Assembly (NCBI GenBank): GCA_017472695.1
Contig: JAFUOQ010000015.1
Coordinates: 388 to 64,387 of the forward strand
Origin: Clostridia bacterium
GTDB taxonomy: Bacteria > Bacillota > Clostridia > Oscillospirales > CAG-272
Direction: 5' to 3'
DNA: 64,000 bases
Shown here: positions 45,449 through 56,190 of the stretch, piece after piece
Layout: every line of letters begins with the position of its first letter
How positions within the stretch are numbered: the first letter of the stretch is position 1
Translations under genes and position numbers: made by a program
Notes under the pieces: generated by a model
What the model was told of the DNA's origin: nothing
What the model saw: the letters and a program-made list of their open reading frames with translations, nothing else
Database searches by the model: none

Positions 45449-46420
45449 TTAGTCCTCTTCTTTTCTCAAAGAAAGGCCAAGTGATTCAAGTTTGTTCTTA
45501 ACTTCATCGAGGGATTTCTTACCGAGATTCTTAAACTTCATCATATCGTCTTCTGTACGATTGATAAGATCCTCTACGGTGTCTATGCTTGCACGCTTCA
45601 AGCAATTGAAGCTACGCACAGACAAGTCAAGCTCCTCAATGGTCATCTCAAGATATTTTTCTTTCTTGGTTTCTTCACGTTCAACCATTGTTTCAGCATT
45701 TCTTGCCTCGTCAGAGAGGTCAACAAACAATGTGAAATGATCGTTGAGTATCTTGGCTGCAAGTGAAATTGCATCTGTTGCCCTGATGGTGCCGTTTGTC
45801 TCTACTTCTACTGTCAATTTATCATAATCGGCAATGCTACCTACTCTTGTGTTTTCCACATTGTAGCTTACATTATACACAGGTGTGTAGATTGAATCTG
45901 TAAAGATTGTTCCAATAGCAAATGGAATTTGGCTCTTTACATGGTCGTTCTTGTTCTTTTCTTGTGAAACATATCCACGACCGCGCTCAAATGTAAGCTC
46001 CATATAGAAACGAGTACCCTCGCTTAATGTAGCGATGTGAAGATCGGGGTTAAAAATTTCAAGATCTGCATCAGGTGTGATATCACCAGCAGTAACCTCG
46101 CATGGACCTACCTTGTCAATACACACTGTTTTTACAGTTTCTGTACCGTGAATTTTTGATACGATACCCTTTACATTAAGTACGATTTCAGTAATATCCT
46201 CGGTTACACCCTCAAGGCTGGACATTTCGTGAAGTACACCATCAATCTTGATTGATGATACTGCATATCCAGGAAGTGAGCTCAAAAGCACACGACGAAG
46301 TGAGTTACCAAGAGTTGTACCAAAGCCTCTTTCAAGAGGTTCTACAACAAATTTTCCTTTTTTACCATCTTCGCTTTCGCCAACTATTGTAATGTTCGGC
46401 TTTTCTATTTCTATCATCAT
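45449..46420 (-). CDS. rpoA: DNA-directed RNA polymerase alpha subunit
   Basis: N-terminal and C-terminal alpha domains (..[13 protein letters not shown].., ..[14 protein letters not shown]..). Confidence 0.95.
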   Translation of the reverse strand: MMIEIEKPNITIVGESEDGKKGKFVVEPLERGFGTTLGNSLRRVLLSSLPGYAVSSIKIDGVLHEMSSLEGVTEDITEIVLNVKGIVSKIHGTETVKTVCIDKVGPCEVTAGDITPDADLEIFNPDLHIATLSEGTRFYMELTFERGRGYVSQEKNKNDHVKSQIPFAIGTIFTDSIYTPVYNVSYNVENTRVGSIADYDKLTVEVETNGTIRATDAISLAAKILNDHFTLFVDLSDEARNAETMVEREETKKEKYLEMTIEELDLSVRSFNCLKRASIDTVEDLINRTEDDMMKFKNLGKKSLDEVKNKLESLGLSLRKEED

Positions 46421-46571
46421 AATAAATAACCCTCCTATATTTCAATATATGCATTGGTCTTTTCCCGCCGTGGGAACATTGTTACATAACATTGATGCCA
46501 ACTGTACGATAATCCACCTTGGGCGAACTGCAACCTCCATATAAAGGAGGTGTACAGTCGACAAAGAGTTA

Positions 46572-47192
46572 TTATTTTGAGTAAAGCTCGATGATGAGCT
46601 GTTCGTTGAATTCGAAATCGATATCGTCACGCTCTGGCATAGCGATTACCTTTGCAACGCCTGCGTTCTTATCAATTTCAAGCCACTTTGGTGCGATCTT
46701 ATCGCCCATAGCTTCAACGAGTTCCTTGATTTTTGTTGATTCTGTTTCCTTAACAGCAACAACATCACCAACTTTAACGAGTATTGATGGAATGTTAGCC
46801 TTGTGGCCATTCAATGTGAAGTGACCATGGAGTACGAGTTGACGTGCTTCCTTATGGCTAGCAGCGAGTCCCATTCTGTATACAACGTTATCAAGTCTTC
46901 TTTCAAGTAAACGGAGAAGGTTTTCACCAGCGATTCCGTCTTGATTGTCGGCCTTTACATAGTAGTTCTTGAATTGTTTCTCAAGAACACCATAATATCT
47001 TTTTGCCTTCTGTTTTTCACGAAGCTGCATACCGTATTCGGTCATCTTCTTCTTTGCAGCACCATGTTGTCCAGGAGCAGAAGTTCTTCTGTTAATTGCA
47101 CACTTGTCGGATAGGCAACGCTCACCCTTGAGGTAAAGCTTTGTGCCTTCTCTACGGCAAAGCTTGCATGAAGGTCCTGTATATCTTGCCAT
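46572..47192 (-). CDS. rpsD: 30S ribosomal protein S4
   Basis: [16 protein letters not shown]...; the ATG at 47192 is preceded by GGAGG. Confidence 0.95.
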   Translation of the reverse strand: MARYTGPSCKLCRREGTKLYLKGERCLSDKCAINRRTSAPGQHGAAKKKMTEYGMQLREKQKAKRYYGVLEKQFKNYYVKADNQDGIAGENLLRLLERRLDNVVYRMGLAASHKEARQLVLHGHFTLNGHKANIPSILVKVGDVVAVKETESTKIKELVEAMGDKIAPKWLEIDKNAGVAKVIAMPERDDIDFEFNEQLIIELYSK

Positions 47193-47212
47193 TTTTGGTT
47201 TCCTCCTATAGA

Positions 47213-47602
47213 TTAAACGCGTCTGCGTTTTGGTGGTCTGCAACCATTGTGTGGGATTGGAGTTACATCTTTAATCATAGTAACTGTTAATCCTGCTGTA
47301 GAAAGTGCACGGATTGCAGATTCACGACCCTGACCTGGGCCTTTTACATATACTTCTACGGTTTTCATACCGTGTTCCATTGCGGCTTTAGCTGCAGCTT
47401 CAGCAGCCATTTGTGCAGCAAATGGTGTGGATTTTCTTGAACCCTTATAACCAAGCTCACCAGCAGATGCCCAAGAAACTGCGTTTCCGGCAACGTCTGT
47501 GATGGTAACTATTGTGTTATTAAAGGTTGCGCAGATGTGTGCAGCGCCTTTTTCAATATTTTTGCGCTCACGACGTTTTTTAGTTACTCTCTTTTCTGCC
47601 AT
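47213..47602 (-). CDS. rpsK: 30S ribosomal protein S11
   Basis: Translation matches uS11. Confidence 0.95.
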   Translation of the reverse strand: MAEKRVTKKRRERKNIEKGAAHICATFNNTIVTITDVAGNAVSWASAGELGYKGSRKSTPFAAQMAAEAAAKAAMEHGMKTVEVYVKGPGQGRESAIRALSTAGLTVTMIKDVTPIPHNGCRPPKRRRV

Positions 47603-47615
47603 TTAGCTACACTCC

Positions 47616-47984
47616 TTATTTCTTCTTGTTAGCTATTGTCTTTGCAGGACCCTTGCGAGTTCTTGCATTTGTCTTTGTTCTTTGTCCTCTTACAGGAAGA
47701 CCTTTTCTATGTCTAGTACCGCGGTAGCAGTTGATTTCTACTAGACGCTTAATGTTAAGGGCAACCTCGCGACGAAGTTCGCCTTCTACATGATAATTTG
47801 TTTCGATTTCGTCACGAAGCTTCGCGATTTCATCTTCAGTCAAATCTTTTGCGCGTGTATCAGGGTTGATTCCTGTCTTTGCAAGAATGTCCTGTGCGCT
47901 CTTTAATCCGATACCGTAAATATATGTTAAAGCAATTTCAACACGTTTTGCGTTCGGAATGTCAACACCAGCTATACGAGCCAT
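47616..47984 (-). CDS. rpsM: 30S ribosomal protein S13
   Basis: [10 protein letters not shown]... Confidence 0.95.
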   Translation of the reverse strand: MARIAGVDIPNAKRVEIALTYIYGIGLKSAQDILAKTGINPDTRAKDLTEDEIAKLRDEIETNYHVEGELRREVALNIKRLVEINCYRGTRHRKGLPVRGQRTKTNARTRKGPAKTIANKKK

Positions 47985-48013
47985 TTGTTTTCTCCTTTTC
48001 GGTTTGGTTAGAA

Positions 48014-48127
48014 TTAGCCCTGTCTCTGTTTGTGCTTTGGATTTTCGCAGATAACCATTACGTTACCTTTTCTCTTAATAATCTTGCACTTATCACAGAT
48101 TTTCTTTACGGAAGGCTTTACTTTCAT
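48014..48127 (-). CDS. rpmJ: 50S ribosomal protein L36 (zinc-binding form)
   Basis: [37 protein letters not shown]; the ATG at 48127 follows AAGGTGG. Confidence 0.95.
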   Translation of the reverse strand: MKVKPSVKKICDKCKIIKRKGNVMVICENPKHKQRQG

Positions 48128-48143
48128 TATAAAACCACCTTTC

Positions 48144-48362
48144 TTATTTAGCACGCCATGTGATACGTCCCTTTGTGAGGTCATATACTGAAACCTCAAC
48201 TGTTACCTTATCACCTGGCAATATTCTTATATAATTTAATCTTAATTTGCCTGAAATATGAGCAGTAATTATGTGCCCATTAGGCAATTTCACCTTGAAG
48301 GTCGCGTTAGGAAGTGCTTCGGTAACTACGCCCTCAAATTCCATTACGTTTTCTTTTCCCAT
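48144..48362 (-). CDS. infA: Translation initiation factor IF-1
   Basis: 72-aa S1-like OB protein ...[20 protein letters not shown]... Confidence 0.95.
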   Translation of the reverse strand: MGKENVMEFEGVVTEALPNATFKVKLPNGHIITAHISGKLRLNYIRILPGDKVTVEVSVYDLTKGRITWRAK

Positions 48363-48484
48363 AAGTTCCTCTCAATATTTTCTAGGGTATTTTGGTTCAG
48401 TCCGCTTATCGAAGTAACGAGCGAATCAGCGGTATACTTAATCCTTCAAATCAGCCGCTAGGAAGGATTATTTATTTGGGTTTG

Positions 48485-49243
48485 TTAATCAACCTTTGTC
48501 AAAAGAATGATGCCGTTATTTGTAACAGCTATGCTATGCTCATAGTGAGCAGAAAGCTTACCATCGGCGGTTACAACAGTCCACTTGTCATTTAAGACTC
48601 TTACGTGTCGTGTACCCTCATTAATCATTGGCTCAACAGCCAAGGTCATACCTGGGTAAATTCTAACTCCACGGCCTTGTGTACCATAGTTTGGCACATT
48701 TGGGTCCTCGTGAAGCTCTGCGCCAACGCCGTGACCTGTGTATTCCTCAACAACTGAAAAGCCGTTGCTTCTTGCATGGTTTGCTATTGCATAGCCTAAA
48801 TCTCCGATACGGGGATTTTCTGCCTTTTCAATAGCCTCAATGCCCTTAAAGAAGCTCTCTTCAGTTACCTTGACGAGCTTTTTTGCGTCCTCGGAGATTT
48901 CTCCAACACCAAAGGTTGCAGCACTGTCTCCTGTGAAGCCCTTGTAAAATGCACCAACGTCAATTTTGACAATGTCGCCATTTTTTAGCACCTTATCATG
49001 TGAAGGAATACCATGTATTACTTCACTGTTAATGCTTATGCAAGCACTACCAGGGAATCCGCCGTAGCCAAGAAATGTTGGTTTTGCACCACATTTCTTG
49101 ATATACGTGCGTATTTTATCATCGATTTGTTTGGTTGTTACACCTTCCCTAATCATTTCCTTTGCAACGAGTAATGCTTCGCCTGTAATTCTACCTGCGA
49201 CCTTCATTATCTCGATTTGCTCGGGGGTCTTTAACTGAATCAT
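48485..49243 (-). CDS. map: Methionine aminopeptidase type I
   Basis: Pita-bread fold metal-ligand pattern (D..D..H..E..E). Confidence 0.92.
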   Translation of the reverse strand: MIQLKTPEQIEIMKVAGRITGEALLVAKEMIREGVTTKQIDDKIRTYIKKCGAKPTFLGYGGFPGSACISINSEVIHGIPSHDKVLKNGDIVKIDVGAFYKGFTGDSAATFGVGEISEDAKKLVKVTEESFFKGIEAIEKAENPRIGDLGYAIANHARSNGFSVVEEYTGHGVGAELHEDPNVPNYGTQGRGVRIYPGMTLAVEPMINEGTRHVRVLNDKWTVVTADGKLSAHYEHSIAVTNNGIILLTKVD

Positions 49244-49245
49244 AA

Positions 49246-49899
49246 TTATTTAATTGCGTTTTCGATAGCTGCAAGAGTAAGACGGGTTGTATCCTTAACT
49301 TCCTCTTGTCCTTCAACTAACACTAAAACGCCCTTTTTCCCGTAGAAATCCTTTAGAGGCTCTGTTTGGTCGTGATAAACATTAAGTCTATCAAGAACAA
49401 CCTCGGGAGCATCATCCTTACGAATTGAAAGTGCTTCGCCGCATTTATCGCAGTTAGTACCATTCTCGGAAGGATTGTATAGAATGTGGTAAGAAGCACC
49501 GCACTTTGCGCAGACACGTCTGCCACTCATACGTTCAACAATCTTTTCGTCCGCAACCTCAAGACTAACAACGCAGTTGATACCAACTCCCATTTTGTCG
49601 AGTGCTTCAGCTTGTGGAACAGTTCTTGGGAAGCCATCAAGAATGAAGCCGTTTTGGCAATCATCCTTTAAAAGCCTTTCACTGATAATTCCGATTACAA
49701 CCTCGTCAGGAACGAGTGCGCCCTTTTCAGTGTAAGCCTTTGCAGCAAGACCCATTTCTGTATTGTTTTTAATTGCTTCTCTTATCATAACGCCAGTGGA
49801 GATGGTAGGAATACCATACTTCTCGGCAACTATGTCTGATTGTGTTCCCTTGCCAGCCCCTGGTGCCCCAAGGAAAATCATTTTAAGATTCTTTGTCAT
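49246..49899 (-). CDS. adk: Adenylate kinase (Cys4 zinc lid)
   Basis: GAPGAGKGTQ P-loop; lid CAKCGASYH...CDKCG; the ATG at 49899 follows AAGGAG. Confidence 0.93.
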   Translation of the reverse strand: MTKNLKMIFLGAPGAGKGTQSDIVAEKYGIPTISTGVMIREAIKNNTEMGLAAKAYTEKGALVPDEVVIGIISERLLKDDCQNGFILDGFPRTVPQAEALDKMGVGINCVVSLEVADEKIVERMSGRRVCAKCGASYHILYNPSENGTNCDKCGEALSIRKDDAPEVVLDRLNVYHDQTEPLKDFYGKKGVLVLVEGQEEVKDTTRLTLAAIENAIK

Positions 49900-49914
49900 A
49901 ATAACTCCTTATTA

Positions 49915-51414
49915 TTAACCAAGGAAGCCCTTATAGTGACGCATTGTCATTTGTGCTTCCATTTCTCTTACGATTTCAAGTACAACTCCGACAACGATTA
50001 TGATTGATGTACCAATTGTTGCAAGCTCTGCTACATATGAGAATGACCATAGTGGAAGAGCAACTGCACCTGGCAAGCCGTCGATGTGTCTTACTGCATC
50101 CAAAATAATGTGAACGAGCAATGGCACGATGGAGATTACTGAAAGTGCAAGAGCACCAATAAAGGTAATCTTTGAAAGAACCTTTTGTATAAAGGTAGAT
50201 GTTGCCTTACCAGGACGAATACCTGGGATAGCACCACCTTGCTTTTGTAGGTTACCAGCAACTTCTGTTGGATTGAATGAAATTGCTACGTAGAAATATG
50301 CAAATGCCAAAATTAATACAAATGTTAGCACGCAGTAGAACCATGATGTATCAGAGAAGAAATTAACAATCTGATACCAAGGAGTTACCGCTACAACGTC
50401 GCCGTTTGCATTCTCTTTTGTTACAGGAATGAATTGTGCGATCATTGATGGGATTGTAATAATTGCGTTTGCAAAGATGATAGGCATAACGCCTGCCATA
50501 TTGAGCTTTAATGGAATGTTGGAGTTTTGTCCTCCATACATTTTTCTACCAACTACTCTCTTAGCGTATTGAACAGGAATTTTACGTTCACTATCAGAGA
50601 TGAAGATTATAAACCACATCATAGCGAGCAAGCCTGCAAGCACAAGCACTGTGAAGATTATCGAGCCTACTGGGAATTGACCATCATAGTTAACGTTTGG
50701 CAAATATGAAATTACGCCGTCGTCACCTACAACTGTATCAAAGCCTTGGCTATTAGAAGCTGTGTAGCCGTTAATCTCTTGCTTGAACATTTCAATAAAT
50801 CTCAAGAGAAGTGGGAACGCACGAGATACGATATTAGCAAACAAAATTACTGAAATACCATTACCGATACCGTAGTCGTTAATTCTTTCTGCAAGCCACA
50901 TAACGATTGATGAGCCTGCACAGAAGCAAGCTACAATTACAATAGCAAGGAATATTTCAAAGAAAGTATTCAAGCCGTCGTTATCTGTTGTAATAGTAAC
51001 AAGTGCATTATTACCATAATACTTAAGCATAAAGTAATAGCCTGTACCTGTGATTACTGAAATAGCGATTGTAATGTATCTTGTAATTTGTGTGATTTTC
51101 TTCTTTCCCTCTTCACCTTGCTTTGCAAGTCTTTCAAGAGGTGGAAGCGCAACTGTCAAAAGCTGAATAACGATTGACGCTGTGATGTATGGAGATACAC
51201 CAAGAGCAAACAATGAAGCCTGCTCCATTGCACCACCAGACAAGGCATTAAGGAATTGGAAGGTTGAACCGCTCGCAAATTCCAATGCGCCAGCCTGTAC
51301 AAATGGTACAGGGATTGACGCGCCTAATCTATAAAGAAGTATTATTAATATTGTGAATAGAAGCTTTTTTCTTAAATCTTCTACCTTCCAAGCGTTAGCT
51401 AAGGTTTTAAACAT
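49915..51414 (-). CDS. secY: Preprotein translocase subunit SecY (499 aa, longer than usual)
   Basis: 10-TM SecY pattern; conserved position between rplO and adk. Confidence 0.93.
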   Translation of the reverse strand: MFKTLANAWKVEDLRKKLLFTILIILLYRLGASIPVPFVQAGALEFASGSTFQFLNALSGGAMEQASLFALGVSPYITASIVIQLLTVALPPLERLAKQGEEGKKKITQITRYITIAISVITGTGYYFMLKYYGNNALVTITTDNDGLNTFFEIFLAIVIVACFCAGSSIVMWLAERINDYGIGNGISVILFANIVSRAFPLLLRFIEMFKQEINGYTASNSQGFDTVVGDDGVISYLPNVNYDGQFPVGSIIFTVLVLAGLLAMMWFIIFISDSERKIPVQYAKRVVGRKMYGGQNSNIPLKLNMAGVMPIIFANAIITIPSMIAQFIPVTKENANGDVVAVTPWYQIVNFFSDTSWFYCVLTFVLILAFAYFYVAISFNPTEVAGNLQKQGGAIPGIRPGKATSTFIQKVLSKITFIGALALSVISIVPLLVHIILDAVRHIDGLPGAVALPLWSFSYVAELATIGTSIIIVVGVVLEIVREMEAQMTMRHYKGFLG

Positions 51415-51416
51415 AA

Positions 51417-51857
51417 TTATTTCACCTCGGCTTTTCCGCCTGCTGCTTCGATCTTCTCTTTAGCTGTTGCTGAGAAAACCTTAGCCTCAACGGTAAGAGC
51501 CTTTGTTAGCTCGCCGTTACCAAGCACTTTAAGTCCGTCGTATTCCTTGCGTACGATACCGCAGTCAAGAAGTGACTCAAGAGTTACTGTTGCGCCGTTT
51601 TCAAATTTGTTAAGATCGCTAACGTTGATAGTTGCATAAACCTTTGCAAATTTATTATTAAATCCTCTTTTAGGAAGTTTTCTGTAAAGTGGAAGTTGAC
51701 CGCCTTCAAAGCCTGGTCTTACGCCTCCGCCTGAACGTGCATTTTGACCTTTGTGTCCTTTACCTGCTGTTTTACCGTTACCAGAACCCGGACCTCTACC
51801 TTTGCGCCAAGCTGCTTTAGCTGAGCCTGCAGCTGGAGAAAGTTCGTGGAGCTTCAT
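51417..51857 (-). CDS. rplO: 50S ribosomal protein L15
   Basis: [12 protein letters not shown]... Confidence 0.95.
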   Translation of the reverse strand: MKLHELSPAAGSAKAAWRKGRGPGSGNGKTAGKGHKGQNARSGGGVRPGFEGGQLPLYRKLPKRGFNNKFAKVYATINVSDLNKFENGATVTLESLLDCGIVRKEYDGLKVLGNGELTKALTVEAKVFSATAKEKIEAAGGKAEVK

Positions 51858-51933
51858 ATTTTTTCCTCCTTTTGAAATTGATTTTTAGGATTGATTGTTT
51901 TCCAACCAATTTCTGCCCTTTGGCAGCTTTAAG

Positions 51934-52113
51934 TTATACGTTTTCTACCTTTACAAGGTGGGAAATAACTTTGATTTTGCCTGCCAAAACCTGATCGTTA
52001 TTACAAACGATGCTGTTACCAATCTTGGTAAGGCCAAGAGATTGTGCAGTTGCAACTTGATTAGGCTTGCAAGCTATAAGACTCTTAATAAGTGTAACCT
52101 TTACTTTTTCCAT
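51934..52113 (-). CDS. rpmD: 50S ribosomal protein L30 (59 aa; below the ORF-track length cut-off)
   Basis: Hand translation gives MEKVKVTLIKSLIACKPNQVATAQSLGLTKIGNSIVCNNDQVLAGKIKVISHLVKVENV. AAGGAGG lies upstream. It sits in the conserved slot between rpsE and rplO. Confidence 0.9.
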   Translation of the reverse strand: MEKVKVTLIKSLIACKPNQVATAQSLGLTKIGNSIVCNNDQVLAGKIKVISHLVKVENV

Positions 52114-52126
52114 CTTATAGTCCTCC

Positions 52127-52630
52127 TTAACCTAATACTTTCTCTGCAGCAATGCCACGAGTTTTTGCAACTTCTTCTACGCTACGGAGCTGCTTCAAGC
52201 CTTCAAATGTAGCCTTAACTACGTTTGTCTTGTTGTTTGAACGGAGGCTCTTAGCTCTGATATTCTTAATTCCTGCAAGCTCAAGAACAGCACGAACTGT
52301 TTGGCCTGCGATAATTCCTGTACCGAGTGAAGCTGGCTTTAGAAGTACAGTACCTGCACCAAACTTACCAATAACCTCGTGAGGAATTGTTGTATCCTTA
52401 ATTGATACTGTTATCATGTTTTTCTTTGCATCTTCGATACCCTTGCGGATTGCGTCAGGAACCTCAGCTGCTTTACCAAGACCGTATCCTACGTGTCCGT
52501 TACCGTCGCCAACAACCATAAGAGCTGTGAAACGAGCGATACGACCACCCTTTACTGTCTTTGAAACACGGTTGAGTGCAACCATCTTCTCTTGAAGATC
52601 AAGAGTGGATGCGTCGATTTTAATTGACAT
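52127..52630 (-). CDS. rpsE: 30S ribosomal protein S5
   Basis: Translation matches uS5. Confidence 0.95.
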   Translation of the reverse strand: MSIKIDASTLDLQEKMVALNRVSKTVKGGRIARFTALMVVGDGNGHVGYGLGKAAEVPDAIRKGIEDAKKNMITVSIKDTTIPHEVIGKFGAGTVLLKPASLGTGIIAGQTVRAVLELAGIKNIRAKSLRSNNKTNVVKATFEGLKQLRSVEEVAKTRGIAAEKVLG

Positions 52631-52697
52631 TTTAATTTCTCCTCTATTTGTTTAATTAACTTAAACAGTGTACAAACCAGAAGCTTGTGAAGCTCGA

Positions 52698-53057
52698 TTA
52701 GAACTTCAAGCCGCCTTCTCTTGCGCCTTCTGCAAGCTCTGATACACGTCCGTGATATACATAACCGCCACGGTCAAATACAACTGTGTCGATTCCCTTT
52801 GCGAGTGCTTTTTCAGCAATCATAAGGCCAACCTTCTTAGCTGCCTCCTTGTTGCTACCAATACCTTCAAATCCGGCCTCCATTGTAGAAGCGGAAACGA
52901 GGGTTACACCTGCCTCATCATCGATGATTTGGCAAGAGATATTCTTGTTTGAACGATAAACGCATAGACGTGGACGGCTAGCTGTTCCGGAAATCTTACC
53001 ACGAACTCTTGCATGTCTCTTAAGTCTTTGAGCGTTACTATCTTTTCTTGATACCAT
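52698..53057 (-). CDS. rplR: 50S ribosomal protein L18
   Basis: Translation matches uL18. Confidence 0.95.
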   Translation of the reverse strand: MVSRKDSNAQRLKRHARVRGKISGTASRPRLCVYRSNKNISCQIIDDEAGVTLVSASTMEAGFEGIGSNKEAAKKVGLMIAEKALAKGIDTVVFDRGGYVYHGRVSELAEGAREGGLKF

Positions 53058-53075
53058 CTTTTTCCTCTCCTTTCA

Positions 53076-53618
53076 TTATTTGCCGGTCTTACCGGATTTA
53101 CGGCGAATCTTTTCGCCTTCATATTTAATACCCTTACCCTTGTATGGTTCAGGAGCTCTTCTTGAACGAACGAATGCTGCTGTTTCACCAACAACTTGCT
53201 TGTTGATACCCTTGATGATAATTGTGTTAGCATCTGGAGTTTCAAAAGTGATTCCGTCAGGAGCTTCTACGATTACTGGATGTGAGTAACCAAGAGTCAA
53301 GTTAAGTGACTTACCTTGCATTGCTACTCTGTAACCAACACCGTTAACCTCGAGCTTCTTTGAGTAGCCCTGAGTTACGCCTACTACCATGTTGCTGATA
53401 AGTGTTCTTGTAAGACCATGAAGTGCACGGTCTTCCTTTTCGTCGCTTGGACGAGCAACAGTTACAACATTGTTTTCACAAACAACGCTCATTCTGTTGT
53501 GATAGTTTTGTGTTAATGTACCCTTTGGACCCTTTACGGTTACAACGCAGTTTTCTGCATCAACAGTAACAGTTACGCCAGCAGGAACATTGATTGGAGC
53601 TCTTCCTATTCTTGACAT
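53076..53618 (-). CDS. rplF: 50S ribosomal protein L6
   Basis: MSRIGRAPINVPAGV...; the ATG at 53618 follows GGGAGG. Confidence 0.95.
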   Translation of the reverse strand: MSRIGRAPINVPAGVTVTVDAENCVVTVKGPKGTLTQNYHNRMSVVCENNVVTVARPSDEKEDRALHGLTRTLISNMVVGVTQGYSKKLEVNGVGYRVAMQGKSLNLTLGYSHPVIVEAPDGITFETPDANTIIIKGINKQVVGETAAFVRSRRAPEPYKGKGIKYEGEKIRRKSGKTGK

Positions 53619-53635
53619 ATTCGTTACCTCCCGTA

Positions 53636-54031
53636 TTACCAAACAAATGCGAGTACTTCGCCGCCAACGTTTTCACGTCTAGCCTTTTTGTCTGTCATAA
53701 TGCCCTTTGAAGTAGAGATAATAGCAATACCAAGGCCATTCATAACCTTTGGCATGTCCTCACAGTTGGAGTAGATTCTAAGACCTGGCTTTGAAACTCT
53801 CTTAATACCATGAATAACCTTTGCTTTACCATCATACTTAAGTGTAATTCTGATTACGCCTTGTTTGCCGTCTTCGATAACGGAAACTGCCTTAATGTAT
53901 CCCTCTTCGAGAAGGATGTCAGCGATTGCCTTCTTCATGTTTGAAGCAGGAACATCTACTGTTTCGTGTTTTGCATTGCTTGCATTTCTAATTCTTGTAA
54001 GCATATCTGCAATTACGTCTGAAATTTGCAT
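53636..54031 (-). CDS. rpsH: 30S ribosomal protein S8
   Basis: [17 protein letters not shown]... Confidence 0.95.
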   Translation of the reverse strand: MQISDVIADMLTRIRNASNAKHETVDVPASNMKKAIADILLEEGYIKAVSVIEDGKQGVIRITLKYDGKAKVIHGIKRVSKPGLRIYSNCEDMPKVMNGLGIAIISTSKGIMTDKKARRENVGGEVLAFVW

Positions 54032-54167
54032 TTTATTTTCCTCCTAATTATGCAAGGCACCAAGCTTTGCTGCCGAGTATTTCATCGGCCGCTTACCGAT
54101 GGTTAAACATTTCGTTTCCTTTCGGTTAGATTGGAGTGAATACTCTTTGTATTCGTTATTTTTTAAA

Positions 54168-54353
54168 TTACCAGCTTGCTTTTCTTACGCCTGGGATTTC
54201 GCCAGCATAAGCAAGTTCACGGAAGCAGATACGGCAAACGCCATATTTGCGGAGATAACCGTGAGGTCTGCCGCAGATTTTGCAACGGTTGTATTCTCTT
54301 GTTGAATACTTTTGTGTTTTTTGCTGTTTAAGCACCATAGCTTTCTTAGCCAT
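54168..54353 (-). CDS. rpsN: 30S ribosomal protein S14, type Z (zinc-binding, 61 aa)
   Basis: [12 protein letters not shown]...[23 protein letters not shown]. Confidence 0.95.
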   Translation of the reverse strand: MAKKAMVLKQQKTQKYSTREYNRCKICGRPHGYLRKYGVCRICFRELAYAGEIPGVRKASW

Positions 54354-54372
54354 CTTTGTCAAACCCTCCTAA

Positions 54373-54912
54373 TTATTTCGCAAATGGAGCGCCCATAAGT
54401 GTGAGCAACTCTTTTGCTTCTTCGTCTGTTGTAGCTGTTGTTACGAATGTGATGTCCATACCGCGGATCTTGTCAACCTTATCATATTCAATTTCTGGGA
54501 ATATGAGTTGCTCCTTAAGACCCATTGAGTAGTTACCACGTCCGTCAAAGCCGTTTGGATTGATACCCTTAAAGTCACGTACTCTTGGAAGAGCAAATGT
54601 AAAGAGTCTGTCCATGAATTCGTACATTCTCTCGCCACGGAGTGTTACCTTCGCACCGATCTTAACGCCCTCACGGAGCTTGAAGTTCGCTACTGACTTT
54701 CTTGCATAAGTAGGAACTGCCTTTTGTCCTGAAATCAATGAGATTTCTTCGATAATCTTATCAATTACCTTTGAGTTGTCTTTTGCATCGCCAGCGCCAA
54801 CGTTGATAACAATCTTGTCGAAGCGTGGAATTTGCATTGAGCTCTTGTATGCGAACTTTGTCATAAGAGCAGGAGCAACTTCATTCATATATATGTCTTT
54901 CATTCTAGCCAT
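54373..54912 (-). CDS. rplE: 50S ribosomal protein L5
   Basis: Translation matches uL5. Confidence 0.95.
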   Translation of the reverse strand: MARMKDIYMNEVAPALMTKFAYKSSMQIPRFDKIVINVGAGDAKDNSKVIDKIIEEISLISGQKAVPTYARKSVANFKLREGVKIGAKVTLRGERMYEFMDRLFTFALPRVRDFKGINPNGFDGRGNYSMGLKEQLIFPEIEYDKVDKIRGMDITFVTTATTDEEAKELLTLMGAPFAK

Positions 54913-54927
54913 CTTCAGTTACCTCCA

Positions 54928-55257
54928 TTAAAGCTCTTTACCGCATTTTGCGCAAACGCGTACTTTTTTACCGTCAACAACGGCGTGCTTAACTCTTGTG
55001 CCCTTGTTGTACTTTTCGCATTTTGAATTTTGGCAAACTAATTGTACCTTTGATGCGTACATAGCGCCTTCAACCTTTAGAATACCGCCAGTCTCGCCTT
55101 GTCTTCTTGGCTTTTGGTGCTTGGAAACAATGTTTGCTCCCTCAACAATAACCTTGCCTTCCTCTGGGCTAACTGCGATTACCTTACCCTTAACACCCTT
55201 ATCGTCACCGGAGATAACAATAACTGTGTCATCACGTCTAATGTGCATTTTCTTCAT
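54928..55257 (-). CDS. rplX: 50S ribosomal protein L24 with four Cys in the C-terminal part
   Basis: KOW motif at the N-terminus; C75-x4-C80 ... C102-x2-C105. Confidence 0.95.
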   Translation of the reverse strand: MKKMHIRRDDTVIVISGDDKGVKGKVIAVSPEEGKVIVEGANIVSKHQKPRRQGETGGILKVEGAMYASKVQLVCQNSKCEKYNKGTRVKHAVVDGKKVRVCAKCGKEL

Positions 55258-55273
55258 TATTATCTACCTCCAA

Positions 55274-55642
55274 TTAAAGTACTTCTGGTGCAAGAGAAAG
55301 AATCTTTGTGTATTCCTTTTCACGTAGCTCTCTTGCCACTGGGCCAAAGATACGTGTTCCTCTTGGTGTTTTGTCTTCTTTTATAATAACTGCTGCGTTC
55401 TCATCGAACTTAATGTAAGAACCGTCTGCACGACGTACGCCCTTAGCGCTTCTTACGATAACAGCCTTAACTACGTCGCCTTTTTTAACAATACCGCCTG
55501 GTGTAGCTTTCTTAACAGAGCAAACTACAACGTCACCGATATTTGCATATCTTCTACCAGTACCGCCAAGTACTCTGATGCAAAGAAGCTCTTTAGCGCC
55601 TGTATTGTCGGCAACCTTCATTCTGCTTTCTTGCTGAATCAT
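55274..55642 (-). CDS. rplN: 50S ribosomal protein L14
   Basis: [18 protein letters not shown]... Confidence 0.95.
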   Translation of the reverse strand: MIQQESRMKVADNTGAKELLCIRVLGGTGRRYANIGDVVVCSVKKATPGGIVKKGDVVKAVIVRSAKGVRRADGSYIKFDENAAVIIKEDKTPRGTRIFGPVARELREKEYTKILSLAPEVL

Positions 55643-55720
55643 TTTCTTTATCCTCCTAATAAGGTTTCCCTAAACTTCGGCACATTCTATTTTTCTAATG
55701 TACCCTCATAAAGGATGAGA

Positions 55721-55981
55721 TTATTTTGCTTTTTCTATGATTTGAACAAGGCGCCATCTCTTTGTCTTTGAAAGAGGTCTGGTCTCCATTACTTCTACCT
55801 TGTCGCCGATGCCACACTCATTCTTTTCGTCGTGAGCATGAATCTTTGTTGTTCTTTTAATAATTTTGTTGTATACAGGATGCTTAACATTGTCCTTAAT
55901 AGCAACAACGATTGTTTTATCCATCTTGTCGCTAACAACAATGCCAACTCTTGTTTTTCTGAGGTTACGTGTTTCTGTCAT
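55721..55981 (-). CDS. rpsQ: 30S ribosomal protein S17
   Basis: Translation matches uS17. Confidence 0.95.
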   Translation of the reverse strand: MTETRNLRKTRVGIVVSDKMDKTIVVAIKDNVKHPVYNKIIKRTTKIHAHDEKNECGIGDKVEVMETRPLSKTKRWRLVQIIEKAK

Positions 55982-55997
55982 AACTCATTTTCCTCCA

Positions 55998-56186
55998 TTA
56001 CGCATTCTTCTCGTTGAGAATGGTTTTTACACGAGCGATGTCTTTCTTAACATCTGCAATCTTGTGAGGATTTTCGAGCTGGTTGATTGCATGTTGGAAA
56101 CGAAGATTAAAGAGTTCTTCTTTGAGTTCTTTAAGTTTCTTTTCAAGCTCTTGTACACTCAAATTTCTAATTTCAGTTGTTTTCAC
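55998..56186 (-). CDS. rpmC: 50S ribosomal protein L29
   Basis: Translation matches uL29. Confidence 0.95.
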   Translation of the reverse strand: MKTTEIRNLSVQELEKKLKELKEELFNLRFQHAINQLENPHKIADVKKDIARVKTILNEKNA

Positions 56187-56190
56187 AGCC

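Noticed and set aside
48363-48484. 122-nt map-infA spacer with short complementary segments (AATCCTTC/GAAGGATT; CCGCT/AGCGG in two alternative pairings)
   Set aside because: The stems are only 5-8 bp and no terminator-like tail is present. This is insufficient to claim a regulatory switch.
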